Source: Nitrospirales bacterium (GTDB taxonomy: Bacteria > Nitrospirota > Nitrospiria > Nitrospirales > UBA8639). Taken from it: 64,000 nt of DNA. This document shows positions 47,712 through 57,542 of the stretch, one piece after another. The DNA is taken from assembly GCA_965208595.1 (NCBI GenBank), contig OZ242346.1, forward strand, positions 2,112,735 to 2,176,734, read 5' to 3'. The translations under genes and the position numbers were made by a program. Under the pieces are notes generated by a model. The model did not search any database and was not told the origin of the DNA. It saw nothing but the letters and a program-made list of their open reading frames with translations. The number at the start of each line of letters is the position of its first letter. Positions within the stretch are counted from its first letter, which is position 1.

Positions 47712-49490
47712 ATGGAGTCCGTTGAATCCAGAATCAAAGTCCTCCCGCAATCCGTGGCTTCCCAAATCGCCGCCGGAGAGATCGTGGAACGTCCGGCGTC
47801 AGTCGTCAAGGAATTGCTCGATAACAGCGTGGATGCCGGCAGTACGGTGGTCTCCGTCGACGTTGTCGACGGCGGCAGAACCCTTATTCGAGTGATCGAT
47901 GACGGCGAAGGGATGAGTCGAGCCGATGCTCCGTTGGCCTGTCAACGATTTGCCACCAGCAAAATCAGTCATCCGCGCGATCTTACGGGCATTGCCACCT
48001 ATGGATTTCGCGGGGAGGCCTTGCCCAGCATCGCCGCGGTTTCACGCTTTCGTATGCTGACAGCCAGACGCCTTTCACTGACAGGGACCGCCGTGGTCAT
48101 TGAGGGAGCAGACGTCCAATCGGTCGAAGAGCGAGGTGCCGCACCAGGGACACGAGTCGAGGTGGAAGAATTGTTTTTTAATACACCGGGTCGACGGAAA
48201 TTTTTGAAGACTACGGCCACGGAGTTCTCCCACATTACGCACGTGGTCCAGCAAGCGGCCTTGGTAAACCTTCACACGCAATTTCGATTGACACACAATG
48301 ACCACGTGGTGTTCGACTATCCCAAGGTCACCACGTTGGAGGATCGACTGTTGCAAGTGTATGGCCCGCGACTCATGGGTCTGATGCTGCCCATTCACTA
48401 CGAGCAGGCCGATGTGCGCGTGCGAGGTATGATGGTCAATCCGCATCATGTGAAAACGGGGCGCACACCCCAGGAAATGTTTGTGAACCGGCGTCCCGTC
48501 AAGAATGCGACGATTGCGCATGCGGTGTATGAATCGTATGGCTCCTTTTTACCGAAAGGCCGGCATCCGACGTTTGCGCTCATGGTGGAAGTCGCCCCCG
48601 ACGAGGTGGACGTCAACGTGCATCCCTCAAAACGGGAAGTGAAATTTCGCAGCCCGGACTTGATCCATCGAGCGATCAAGGCTGCGGTTCGCGGTCCATT
48701 GCAAAAAAACGTGACGGGGGCGCCGACTCTTTCACCGGACCTCGAAGAAGGGGTGCCCGATGCCGTGGAGCAGGACATTCCCGGGGGGATACGCAAGTCG
48801 TTTGTGGAACGGTTAGCCCCTTCCGGTGCGAACGACGTGCAAACGAGTTTCCGTGGTGAGCAAAGAAGCGAAGCAGGCCAGGTCAAAGAAACGCCGGTCC
48901 TCTATCCGCTCGAGCCCGAGGTTCAGGTTCTCGGACAAATCCATGCCACCTATATCGTCGCGCACATTGGCGATGAATTGCACGTGCTGGACCAGCATAC
49001 GATTCACGAACGCGTGCTTTTTGAAAGGTTGTGGAGGGGTTGGGAAGGTCGCGATATCCAGACCCAACCGCTCCTGATTCCCGAACCGGTGGACGTCCCT
49101 GTCGCGGTGGCTACGCAGTTGACGGAAATCTTGCCGGAGTTGGTCAAAGTGGGTCTCGAACTTGAGTCCTTTGGCCCGTCCTCTTTTGTCATTCGATCGG
49201 TGCCGGCGCTGGTCGGACAGATGGACTATGGCGCCTTACTCCAAGATATCCTGGAGGACCTGTCGGAGTGGAACTCCGTGGATTCACTCGACAAACCTAT
49301 CCGATCCGTCCTGGCGTCAATGGCCTGTCAAGGTGCGGTCCAGGCCGGTCGCCGGATGGAGGAGCCGGAAATGAAACACGTTGTGGACGATTGGCTTCGT
49401 GAAGGGAGCCCCATGACCTGCCCCCATGGCCGAAGGATCTCTTTACGTTTTGGCAGTGCAGAACTGCATCGGATTTTTCGGCGTCTATGA
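47712..49490 (+). CDS. mutL: DNA mismatch repair protein MutL
   Basis: 'IAAGEIVERPASVVKELLDNSVDAG' and 'YGFRGEAL'. Confidence 0.95.
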   Translation: MESVESRIKVLPQSVASQIAAGEIVERPASVVKELLDNSVDAGSTVVSVDVVDGGRTLIRVIDDGEGMSRADAPLACQRFATSKISHPRDLTGIATYGFRGEALPSIAAVSRFRMLTARRLSLTGTAVVIEGADVQSVEERGAAPGTRVEVEELFFNTPGRRKFLKTTATEFSHITHVVQQAALVNLHTQFRLTHNDHVVFDYPKVTTLEDRLLQVYGPRLMGLMLPIHYEQADVRVRGMMVNPHHVKTGRTPQEMFVNRRPVKNATIAHAVYESYGSFLPKGRHPTFALMVEVAPDEVDVNVHPSKREVKFRSPDLIHRAIKAAVRGPLQKNVTGAPTLSPDLEEGVPDAVEQDIPGGIRKSFVERLAPSGANDVQTSFRGEQRSEAGQVKETPVLYPLEPEVQVLGQIHATYIVAHIGDELHVLDQHTIHERVLFERLWRGWEGRDIQTQPLLIPEPVDVPVAVATQLTEILPELVKVGLELESFGPSSFVIRSVPALVGQMDYGALLQDILEDLSEWNSVDSLDKPIRSVLASMACQGAVQAGRRMEEPEMKHVVDDWLREGSPMTCPHGRRISLRFGSAELHRIFRRL

Positions 49491-50503
49491 ATCCACCATT
49501 CGAACAGTGCCTTTCTTCGAACCACAGGCTCCGGAATCTCATAGAGGCTTCCATCGCGTCACAGCCCCTCGTCGTGCTGGTGGGTCCGACGGCCATCGGG
49601 AAGAGTCGCATCGCCATTGAAGTGGCTCAAGCCCTGGGAACGGAGATATTGACCGCGGATTCGACCCAGGTCTACCGAGGAATGAATATCGGGACGGATA
49701 CCCCTTCGGAAGAGGAACGGCAAGGCGTCCCGCACCGGTTGATTGACCTGGTGGAACCGGATGAGCCGTTTAACGCCGGGGAGTTTCGGCGGCAAGCTCT
49801 TCCGGAAATCTCACGTCTGTACGAAAAAGGCCTGCTCCCTTTGGTGGTTGGTGGGACGGGGCTCTACGTCCGCGCGTTGTTGCACGGGTTGTGGTCCGGT
49901 CCTCCCAGCGACCATGCTCTGCGTGGAAGACTCGAAGAAGAAAGACGGGCCCGGGGGGGGGAATCGATGTATCAGGAATTGGGACGCGTGGATCCGGTCA
50001 CGGCGCGTCGCCTGCATCCGCGCGATACGGTGAAAGTGTTGCGGGCGCTGGAAGTGTATCGGCAAACCGGCGCTCCTCTTTCGAAGGCCCATGAAAAACA
50101 CGGCAAAGGGGCAGCTCCCTTTCGGCCCCTGGTGTTGGGGTTGACCATGGAGAGGGCCGTCCTCTATCAACGTATTGATCAGCGAGTCGACGTGGAGTTG
50201 GCGAAGGGATTGGTCGAAGAAACGCGGACCCTGCTGGCGAAAGGGTACTCCAGAGGTCTTGTCTCGATGAAAAGTTTGGGCTATCGTCAGATGGCGGGGT
50301 ATCTGGAAGGAGAATATTCATTCGCCGAAGCGGCGAGGCGATTGAAGCGGGACACCCGTCATTTTGCGAAACGGCAAATGACGTGGTTCAGAAAAGAGCC
50401 CGGTCTGGCGTGGGTCGAGGTATACCCGGACGAGTCCGTTCAATCGGTCTCCCAGCGTATCCTCGCGCTTATTGAAGGATTCATGAACAATCCTCAAGTA
50501 TAA
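49487..50503 (+). CDS. miaA: tRNA dimethylallyltransferase
   Basis: 'VLVGPTAIGKSRIAIEVA', 'DSTQVYRGMNIGT' and 'VGGTGLY'. Confidence 0.93.
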   Translation: MNPPFEQCLSSNHRLRNLIEASIASQPLVVLVGPTAIGKSRIAIEVAQALGTEILTADSTQVYRGMNIGTDTPSEEERQGVPHRLIDLVEPDEPFNAGEFRRQALPEISRLYEKGLLPLVVGGTGLYVRALLHGLWSGPPSDHALRGRLEEERRARGGESMYQELGRVDPVTARRLHPRDTVKVLRALEVYRQTGAPLSKAHEKHGKGAAPFRPLVLGLTMERAVLYQRIDQRVDVELAKGLVEETRTLLAKGYSRGLVSMKSLGYRQMAGYLEGEYSFAEAARRLKRDTRHFAKRQMTWFRKEPGLAWVEVYPDESVQSVSQRILALIEGFMNNPQV

Positions 50504-50521
50504 TCGACAAGGGAAAATCGC

Positions 50522-51409
50522 GTGCCGGCAAAACCACGTGCTGACATTGCCGTTATTGGCGGCAGCGGCTTGTACGAAATGGAAGGTTTGGAACACGTGC
50601 GAGAAACGCGCGTGTCCACTCCCTTCGGACGCCCTTCGGATGCCGTGGTGCTTGGAACCTTGTCCGGCAAGCGCGTGGCGTTTCTCTCTCGTCATGGACG
50701 AGGGCATCGCATTATTCCCTCCATGATCAACTATCGGGCAAACGTCTACGCGCTCAAGTCACTCGGCGTGACGCGAATTTTTTCCGTCAGCGCGGTGGGA
50801 AGTATGAAAGAAGGCATCCACCCCGGTCATATGGTCCTTCCCGATCAATTTATCGATCGGACGACCAGGCGGATAAGCACGTTCTTCGACCAAGGGCTTG
50901 TGGCGCACGTGACGTTTGCCGACCCCGTTTGTCATGCCTTGGCGGATCACCTGGGCGAGGCGGCCAGGTCGACGGGTGCCACGTTCCACGTGGGTGGAAC
51001 GTATCTCTGTATCGAAGGGCCGCAGTTTTCCACTAAAGCGGAATCATTGTTGTATCGGCAATGGGGTGTGGATATCATCGGGATGACCAACGCGACGGAA
51101 GCCAAGCTCGCTAGGGAGGCGGAAATCTGTTATGTGACCTTGGCCCTGGTGACGGATTTCGATTGCTGGCATCAGAGCGAAGAGCCCGTCTCCGTCGAAG
51201 CGATCTTGAGCGTGATGCATGCGAACGTGGCCCAGGCCAAAACGCTGCTCCGGGACGCCATTCAACGGACCGGGGGAGCAAGAGCCTGTCCATGTGCGAC
51301 CGCGCTTCGGCAGACCATCGTCACGGCACCGCAAGCCGTGACGGCCTCCGTGAAGCGGCGCTACGGCCTCTTTTTGAAACCAGCCAAAACATCGAACGGG
51401 AGAAGTTAA
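50522..51409 (+). CDS. mtnP: S-methyl-5'-thioadenosine phosphorylase
   Basis: 'IAVIGGSGLY', 'FLSRHGRGH' and 'VDIIGMTNATEAKLAREAE'. The start codon is GTG. Confidence 0.9.
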   Translation: MPAKPRADIAVIGGSGLYEMEGLEHVRETRVSTPFGRPSDAVVLGTLSGKRVAFLSRHGRGHRIIPSMINYRANVYALKSLGVTRIFSVSAVGSMKEGIHPGHMVLPDQFIDRTTRRISTFFDQGLVAHVTFADPVCHALADHLGEAARSTGATFHVGGTYLCIEGPQFSTKAESLLYRQWGVDIIGMTNATEAKLAREAEICYVTLALVTDFDCWHQSEEPVSVEAILSVMHANVAQAKTLLRDAIQRTGGARACPCATALRQTIVTAPQAVTASVKRRYGLFLKPAKTSNGRS

Positions 51410-51410
51410 C

Positions 51411-52325
51411 ATGGGTAGATTGTTGGTAGTCGGTTCCGTGGCGTTTGATACGGTGCGCACGCCTTTCGGGGAAGCCACGGAAGTGTTGGGAGGATCGGCC
51501 ACGTATTTTTCCACGGCCGCCAGTTTTTTTACCGACGTCGATTTAATTGCGGTCGTGGGGGAAGATTTTCCGGATGAATACGTCACCTTTTTGAAGAGTC
51601 GAGGGATCGACGTGTCCGGGCTCGAACGCCGCAGCGGCAAGACCTTTCGCTGGCAAGGGGAATACACGTATCAACTGAATGAGGCCCATACGCTTGACAC
51701 CCAGCTCAACGTGCTGGAGTCCTTCCGCCCTAAAATTCCCGACCATTATCGGACTCCCGACATGTTGTTCCTGGGGAATATCGACCCCGAGCTTCAAATG
51801 GACGTCCTGAATCAAGTCGAACGGCCTCAAATCGTCGCCTGTGACACCATGAATTTTTGGATTCACGGGAAGCGCGAAGCTTTATGGAAGGTGTTGGAAA
51901 AAATCGACGTGCTTGTCATCAATGACGGGGAAGCTCGTGAACTCGGTCAGGATTTCAGTCTGGTCAAAGTTGCGAAAGACGTTCTGGCACGCGGGCCCAA
52001 ATATTTCATCATTAAACGCGGGGAGTATGGCGTCTTGATGTTTCATGAAAAAGGCGTCTTTGGCGCACCGGCGTTTCCGTTGGAAATGGTGAAAGATCCG
52101 ACCGGTGCAGGAGATACGTTCGCCGGCGGCTTTATGGGGCACCTGTCGTCCACGGGAGATTTCTCCGATGCCGGCTTGAGGCGGGCGATTATTTTCGGAA
52201 GCGTGATGGCTTCATTTACCGTTGAGGGCTTCAGTCTCGACCGCTTGCGGCCACTGGAATATCAGGACATCGAATCCCGTTTCCGGGACTTCAAGCGACT
52301 GACCCATTTCGAGGACCTTTCGTGA
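51411..52325 (+). CDS. PfkB-family carbohydrate/nucleoside kinase
   Basis: 'DPTGAGDTFAGGF' is the PfkB signature 2. Confidence 0.85.
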   Translation: MGRLLVVGSVAFDTVRTPFGEATEVLGGSATYFSTAASFFTDVDLIAVVGEDFPDEYVTFLKSRGIDVSGLERRSGKTFRWQGEYTYQLNEAHTLDTQLNVLESFRPKIPDHYRTPDMLFLGNIDPELQMDVLNQVERPQIVACDTMNFWIHGKREALWKVLEKIDVLVINDGEARELGQDFSLVKVAKDVLARGPKYFIIKRGEYGVLMFHEKGVFGAPAFPLEMVKDPTGAGDTFAGGFMGHLSSTGDFSDAGLRRAIIFGSVMASFTVEGFSLDRLRPLEYQDIESRFRDFKRLTHFEDLS

Positions 52326-52459
52326 GCACTCAACATTCCTTGCGCTTGGCCGGTTCCATTGAATTCTCTTTTTCAGAGCAAGACGCATAGAGGAATTTCT
52401 GGTATAGCAGACAAGACGTTTTCTCAAAATTATCCGGTCACGTTCAGCGTTGGGGCTAT

Positions 52460-53383
52460 ATGGCTTCGCTAGGCAACAAGTTCCAAACCGCCCGTGAAAC
52501 TCAAGGGTTCACGCTTGAGCAGATGGTCTCAAGGACCCGGATCCAAGAGTCGCATTTGCAAGCCTTGGAAGCGGATTCTTTTGAGCAGTTGCCCGAACGG
52601 GTTTTCACCAAAGGCTTTGTCCGGGCCTACGCTCGCTCGCTCGACCTCGACGAAGAAGAATGCCTGCGGTTGTTTGAAGAATGTTCCGAGTCGTTCTACC
52701 AAAAAGCAAAAGAGGGCGAGGGGCTACGGAAAATGTTTCTGCGTAAGGAAGACGCGCAGAAAGAGAGAACCAGCCGCGTCATGGTTATTCTGCTCGTTGG
52801 AGGGCTTCTCCTGCTGGGAGGGATGGTGTTACTCCAACAACAATCCCCTTCAAGATCCATCTTTTCCCGGTTTTCGCAACAGCCTGTTGAACCTCGCAAC
52901 GAGGTCTTATCGGAACAGGGGCCACCCGGTAACGCAAACGACATTGCCGAGGACCGCCCACCTTCTGCGATCGAAAGGCAAGTTGACGCCGACGACTCAG
53001 GGGTCGCGAATACGGAGACAGCCCCAAAGACGGACGTCGCTACGATTCCTGCGGAATCGCCGGTTGACGACGCGGCGTCCACACCGTCTTTGTCTCCTCC
53101 GGACCCCGCGTCAATTTCCTCTCCCGCTACGAGATCGGAAGACGGCCCGTTGGTTCTTGAACTACGGACCATGGAAATGACCTGGATCGTGGTTCGTTCC
53201 GATGAAAACGAACCCCGTGAAGCCTTATTGCAGCCGGGTGAAATCGTGCAGTGGCAGGCCAATGACCGGTTTCTGTTGACGCTTGGGAACGCCGGAGGGG
53301 TCGAAGTCCGCCTCAACGGCGAGTTGCAGGGTCCTTTTGGTGAAACCGGAGTCGTGGTTCGGGACGTGGAATTAAGGCCGTAA
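52460..53383 (+). CDS. rodZ: RodZ-like cytoskeleton protein (HTH, TM segment and DUF4115)
   Basis: It has an N-terminal XRE-like HTH with 'FTKGFVRAYARSL', a central TM segment, and the C-terminal stretch 'TWIVV...LLTLGNAGGVEVRLNG'. Confidence 0.8.
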   Translation: MASLGNKFQTARETQGFTLEQMVSRTRIQESHLQALEADSFEQLPERVFTKGFVRAYARSLDLDEEECLRLFEECSESFYQKAKEGEGLRKMFLRKEDAQKERTSRVMVILLVGGLLLLGGMVLLQQQSPSRSIFSRFSQQPVEPRNEVLSEQGPPGNANDIAEDRPPSAIERQVDADDSGVANTETAPKTDVATIPAESPVDDAASTPSLSPPDPASISSPATRSEDGPLVLELRTMEMTWIVVRSDENEPREALLQPGEIVQWQANDRFLLTLGNAGGVEVRLNGELQGPFGETGVVVRDVELRP

Positions 53384-53399
53384 CACCCACTTTGGATTC

Positions 53400-53428
53400 T
53401 TGACAGGGGGAACCCACATTGATATGTT
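53400..53428 (+). promoter_or_regulatory. Sigma70-like promoter for the cytochrome c pair
   Basis: TTGACA, a 17-nt spacer, then TATGTT. Confidence 0.45.
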
Positions 53429-53556
53429 CGGCGGGTTTGCAGGTTTTGATATTGATTTTGATGAGGGTATAAAAACGTCGACGTTCTGAGGGCCTGTACC
53501 GTCAATCCAAACGGCCTTCCAGACGGGGGATGCAATCATTATCAAAGGAGGGATTC

Positions 53557-54042
53557 ATGAAGCGGTTTTTAGCGATTTGTAGTTTGTTGACGGCATTTGC
53601 CTTCGTCGGCGGCGACTTGGCTTTTGCCGGTGCCGAAAAAGACCCGCTGAAACCACGGGTTCCGAAGTCTGATCGCGGGAAGGCCAAGAAAATTAAACCA
53701 CCCGCCGAGTTGTACAAGAAAACGAAAAAAGCCTCCGACGAAATCGTGGCCGAAGGCAAGAAAATCTTTGAAGGTAAAGGCACCTGCGTCAATTGTCACG
53801 GGAAAAAGGGAGACGGCACAGGTCCGGCCGGAAAAGTGTTGAATCCCGGCCCGCGGAATTTTACCAATTGCAAGTTCCACAAGAAACGCAAAGATGGTGA
53901 ATTGTTCTGGATTATCAAGAACGGCAGCCCGGGGACCGGTATGGTGTCCATGATCCCGGCGACCATCACGGAAGAAGAAGCCTGGAAGGTGTTGGCTTAC
54001 GAACGCAGTTTTTGTAAGAAATGGCGCAAGAAAAAGAAGTAG
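53557..54042 (+). CDS. Mono-haem c-type cytochrome, exported
   Basis: It has a strong Shine-Dalgarno sequence (AAAGGAGG), a signal peptide and the haem motif 'CVNCHG'. Confidence 0.85.
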   Translation: MKRFLAICSLLTAFAFVGGDLAFAGAEKDPLKPRVPKSDRGKAKKIKPPAELYKKTKKASDEIVAEGKKIFEGKGTCVNCHGKKGDGTGPAGKVLNPGPRNFTNCKFHKKRKDGELFWIIKNGSPGTGMVSMIPATITEEEAWKVLAYERSFCKKWRKKKK

Positions 54043-54068
54043 TGTTGTCACTTGAGTGACTGCCCAAA

Positions 54069-54103
54069 GCCCCGTTCAGAGTTGAACCTGAACGGGGCTT
54101 TTT
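54069..54103 (+). terminator. Rho-independent terminator
   Basis: gccccgttcag-N8-ctgaacggggc followed by ttttt. Confidence 0.75.
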
Positions 54104-54116
54104 CTCTTGAGCAAAC

Positions 54117-54659
54117 GTGCAATCCGTACCACATACGCTCTCATTCAAATCCCTGGGCAGAGGCCTGCTGGTCGTCAGCTTAAGTCTGATAAGTTGGGGT
54201 ACCGGCCCCGTACCGGGCTGGGCGGAAGAAGTGCAACCCTTACGGCCCAGGGTGCCCGTGAGTGAAAGAACATGGGCCAGAAAATTGGTCCCGCCTTTCG
54301 GTTCGACGAAAACGGCTTCCTCCGAGATCGTTGACCAAGGAAGAGTCCTGTATGAAGGAAAAGGCGCCTGTGTTTCGTGTCATGGAAAAAGCGGCTTGGG
54401 AGATGGTCCGATCGGCCGGCGCCTGAATCCCGGCCCACGGAACTTTACCAATTGCAAGTTTCACAAGAGACGGAAAGACGGCGAACTGTTCTGGATCATC
54501 AAGAACGGCAGCCCCGGGACCGGCATGGTGCCGATGATTCCGGTGACGATTACCGAAGAAGAAGCCTGGAAAATATTGGCCTATGAACGAAGCTTCTGTA
54601 AAGATTGGCCCTCCGGGCACGGTGCCGGACGGCCGGTTGACACCCGTGAGAACCGTTGA
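54117..54659 (+). CDS. Mono-haem c-type cytochrome, a tandem paralogue
   Basis: It has 'CVSCHG', and its C-terminal two-thirds are near-identical to the ORF at 53557. The start codon is GTG. Confidence 0.8.
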   Translation: MQSVPHTLSFKSLGRGLLVVSLSLISWGTGPVPGWAEEVQPLRPRVPVSERTWARKLVPPFGSTKTASSEIVDQGRVLYEGKGACVSCHGKSGLGDGPIGRRLNPGPRNFTNCKFHKRRKDGELFWIIKNGSPGTGMVPMIPVTITEEEAWKILAYERSFCKDWPSGHGAGRPVDTRENR

Positions 54660-54710
54660 CTAGACTCGACTGTCCAATGAATTGTCTCACGTGTTGAGGG
54701 GAGTACAAGA

Positions 54711-54911
54711 ATGGCAAGCAAGCGAACGCAAGAGGAAGATAAAGCTGTCCTCGAAAAAAAGGTCAAGGAAAGACGAGCCGGCAGCGAGAACCCCGAGGGC
54801 GACCCGGACGCACGACAGTTGCGAAAACGCCTCAAACGGGTCCAGCGCAAAATTCGTCTCAGGGCGTCACGGATAGCCCAGGCTGCCGGGAACAAGGTTA
54901 AAGCAGCCTAA
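54711..54911 (+). CDS. Small, highly basic hypothetical protein, 66 aa
   Basis: An AGGGGAG Shine-Dalgarno-like sequence lies 8 nt upstream. The protein is K/R-rich and predicted helical. Confidence 0.4.
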   Translation: MASKRTQEEDKAVLEKKVKERRAGSENPEGDPDARQLRKRLKRVQRKIRLRASRIAQAAGNKVKAA

Positions 54912-54960
54912 CTCCGGAACCCGGAGTGACGCCTGCTGCATTAGTGAAAGGGGAACATTC

Positions 54961-55824
54961 ATGACTGACGATGTGCAATCTGCCGCCGAAGATCCTCAGA
55001 CGGAACATGAGGAAACCGAGGCCGTCTCGCAGGATGAAGTGACGGATGAATTCGTGGACGAAGTCTCGGAATCCTTGATGGAAAGCGATGCCGTTGCGAC
55101 GGCGGAAACCGCTGACGGGGAAGGCGAGGAACAGGCGGAGGAAGAAGAGCCTGACATAGAAGAAGAGAAGGTCAAGGATGAGATCGATATCCAAATCGAC
55201 CTTCTTCAAGACCCGGATTGGGTCGTCCGGCGTGAAGCGGTCGTCACCCTCGGTGAAATGGGGGACGAACGGTGCGTGGAGCCGCTGGTCAGAGCGCTTC
55301 GTGACGGGGATTGGCAGGTCCGTGAAGCGGCCGTTGAGGCTATCGCTGAAGTGGGGTCTCCCGCCGTCGAGTTGTTGAACCGGTATGTGCGCGATTGGGA
55401 GGCCCGGAAGTACGTGATCCAGGCCATGGGGAAGATCAACGACGAGCGGGTCCTGGATCCCCTGATGTCGATGCTGCACAACGACGAGTTTAAGGATGAC
55501 GCCACGAGGGCCCTTATTGAGTTGGGGAAACCCGCCGTGCCAAAATTGATTGCGGCTCTGACCGACAGAGAAGGGTTTGTGCGCAAGCAGGCTATATTGG
55601 CGCTCGGCGAGATTAAGGATTCGGAAGCCGTCGACCCCCTGGTCGCCATGCTCCAGGATCAGGATTGGCTTACGCGTCTGACCGCAGCGGCCGCCTTGGA
55701 ACAAATCGGAGATGTGCGTGGCCGGGACGCGATCAAGCCGTTGATGAAGGATCCGGACCTTGTCGTTCGGCTACGGGTCGAACGTATTCTCGCCGCGTGG
55801 AAGAAACAGCCGGCCAACGCCTGA
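54961..55824 (+). CDS. HEAT-repeat (PBS-lyase type) protein with an acidic N-terminal tail
   Basis: It has repeated 'D.DW.VR..A...LG...D..AV.PL' units. Confidence 0.8.
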   Translation: MTDDVQSAAEDPQTEHEETEAVSQDEVTDEFVDEVSESLMESDAVATAETADGEGEEQAEEEEPDIEEEKVKDEIDIQIDLLQDPDWVVRREAVVTLGEMGDERCVEPLVRALRDGDWQVREAAVEAIAEVGSPAVELLNRYVRDWEARKYVIQAMGKINDERVLDPLMSMLHNDEFKDDATRALIELGKPAVPKLIAALTDREGFVRKQAILALGEIKDSEAVDPLVAMLQDQDWLTRLTAAAALEQIGDVRGRDAIKPLMKDPDLVVRLRVERILAAWKKQPANA

Positions 55825-55825
55825 A

Positions 55826-55888
55826 CCCCCCTCACCCCAGCCCTCTTCCTATTTCCGGTTCATGCGGGAAATGGGAGAGGGGGTAGGG
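55826..55888 (-). repeat. REP-A element, subfamily A1, in inverted orientation
   Basis: The plus strand reads cccccctcaccccagccctcttcc...gggagaggg. The minus strand carries ...agagggctggggtgagggggg. Confidence 0.75.
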
Positions 55889-55908
55889 ACAGGCCCCTGT
55901 GCCTGTCC
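55883..55908. repeat. REP-D hairpin
   Basis: gtaggg-acaggc-ccctgt-gcctgt-cc. Confidence 0.65.
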
Positions 55909-55935
55909 TGTTTCCCGATCGGCACAGGTTCACGT

Positions 55936-56388
55936 CTACAACAGGAGGGCATCCAGCTTGGCTTGCACGTCCTCCAATGCCTCCTGAGAGACGGCTTGGC
56001 CGTCGGCCAGGGATCGTCGAAGATCTCCTATTTTCGACATGGTTTCAAGGAGTGCGTCCGAGGTTTCTTCTCCATCCAGCTTGACGGCTTCTTTCAGGGA
56101 ATCGAGCGTTTCCTCCAGTTCGGCTACGGCTTCGTCAGGTTTGCCGTCCAGGATTTTGGCCTTGCCATCCAAAAATCCTGACTTGGCCTGCAAAACTTTT
56201 TTTTGAACGAGGAGTTGCCCCTCTCCGTTGCCGATCGTTTGCTCCACCACCTCTTGTGTTTGCTCCACTACCTCTTGCGACAAATCCTTGATCTGCTTTT
56301 TGACTTCCTCCGGCGGTTGTCGCCCCACGTAATATCCTGCGCCAAAAGCAAGACCCAAGAGCAGGACGATTGCCCAAAATTTTTTCAT
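55936..56388 (-). CDS. Hypothetical membrane-anchored helical protein, possibly YtxH-like
   Basis: The N-terminus 'MKKFWAIVLLLGLAFGAGYYVG' is followed by a charged helical region. Confidence 0.55.
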   Translation of the reverse strand: MKKFWAIVLLLGLAFGAGYYVGRQPPEEVKKQIKDLSQEVVEQTQEVVEQTIGNGEGQLLVQKKVLQAKSGFLDGKAKILDGKPDEAVAELEETLDSLKEAVKLDGEETSDALLETMSKIGDLRRSLADGQAVSQEALEDVQAKLDALLL

Positions 56389-56506
56389 CGTTCGGTTCCT
56401 ATCCACGGGATCCGGGAGTCGGGTTCAGATAGTACCCTATTATGGACCTTGTGGAGAGGAAAAAAAAGAGGAACAGATTTCCTGGGAAAAAGAAAGAATC
56501 CGTCAA

Positions 56507-57388
56507 TCAGGCGTTCCCGACGGGCGGGTCGGTCTTGCCTAAGACCTTGGAGGATTCGATGGCAAAACGGTCGCCCACGATTTGGGCCACGCGGTTCATG
56601 TAGTCGGTCAGGGCTTCGACCTGATCCGGCTTCAGATCCCGTCGAAATTGCGGGAGCAGACCCCACCGGGTTTCAAATTCCTCCCCGGTAATCGAGGCCA
56701 CCACGCTGATCAGTTTGATCATTTTGGCACCGGAAGGGCCAGTGGAAGGACCTGAGGATTGTCCTGCCGTCTTGGGCTGAGCCTCAGGAGACGTTTGGGC
56801 TTCAGGTTCCGGTGTTTTCCCTTCAAAGAGAGCCGTCAATGCGGGAATGACGGCACTGATACAGAGGGTGGTCGTCGACATGATGGCCTGGTTGTTGGCA
56901 GCACCGATCCGGCCGGCAACGCGTTCGCCAACGTGTTGGAAAAACGCATTGCGCTCTTTGCTATCATCCGAACACACGAATTTATAGGATTCGTAGGTCT
57001 CACGGCTGTCAGCCACGGTTCGGCCGACGGCCACGACGATTTCCTGCTCATCGATTTGAGCGGAACTCAGCGAGGGCGCCAACAGGATTGTGAGTCGCTC
57101 GCTTACGTGATCTTCCAGGCTGTTCATGAATTCGGGTTGCTGTTGGATGGAAACGTGGAACGCGGAGATGCGGTCCACCAGGTTGAACAGGACCTTCAGA
57201 AATTCCAGGTAAATTTCCCATTCCTGCTTTTGACTGAGTTCGGTCGTGACGGACGGATCGCTCCGCTTAACCAGCGTCACGGATTCCTTGCACACGTCCA
57301 GGATGGTGTTCGACAGGTCTTTGAGAATGGGTTCGTGTTCTTGGATGGAATGTTTCATGAATTGAAAAGCCTGAGGCGTATCTAACAA
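56507..57388 (-). CDS. Hypothetical protein, 293 aa
   Basis: It is a long ORF and I recognise no domain. Confidence 0.55.
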   Translation of the reverse strand: MLDTPQAFQFMKHSIQEHEPILKDLSNTILDVCKESVTLVKRSDPSVTTELSQKQEWEIYLEFLKVLFNLVDRISAFHVSIQQQPEFMNSLEDHVSERLTILLAPSLSSAQIDEQEIVVAVGRTVADSRETYESYKFVCSDDSKERNAFFQHVGERVAGRIGAANNQAIMSTTTLCISAVIPALTALFEGKTPEPEAQTSPEAQPKTAGQSSGPSTGPSGAKMIKLISVVASITGEEFETRWGLLPQFRRDLKPDQVEALTDYMNRVAQIVGDRFAIESSKVLGKTDPPVGNA

Positions 57389-57542
57389 ATGGAGATACGG
57401 CTTCGCAAGTGTTCCGGCGGGATGAGACGACGGCCGGTGATGGCTAGGCCCGGCATTGCACGGGGGCAGGCCCTATGTTATACACGATGGATGGAGTGGG
57501 TCTCGAGTCCATTCCCGATATCAATTATCCCGCATACCCGTG

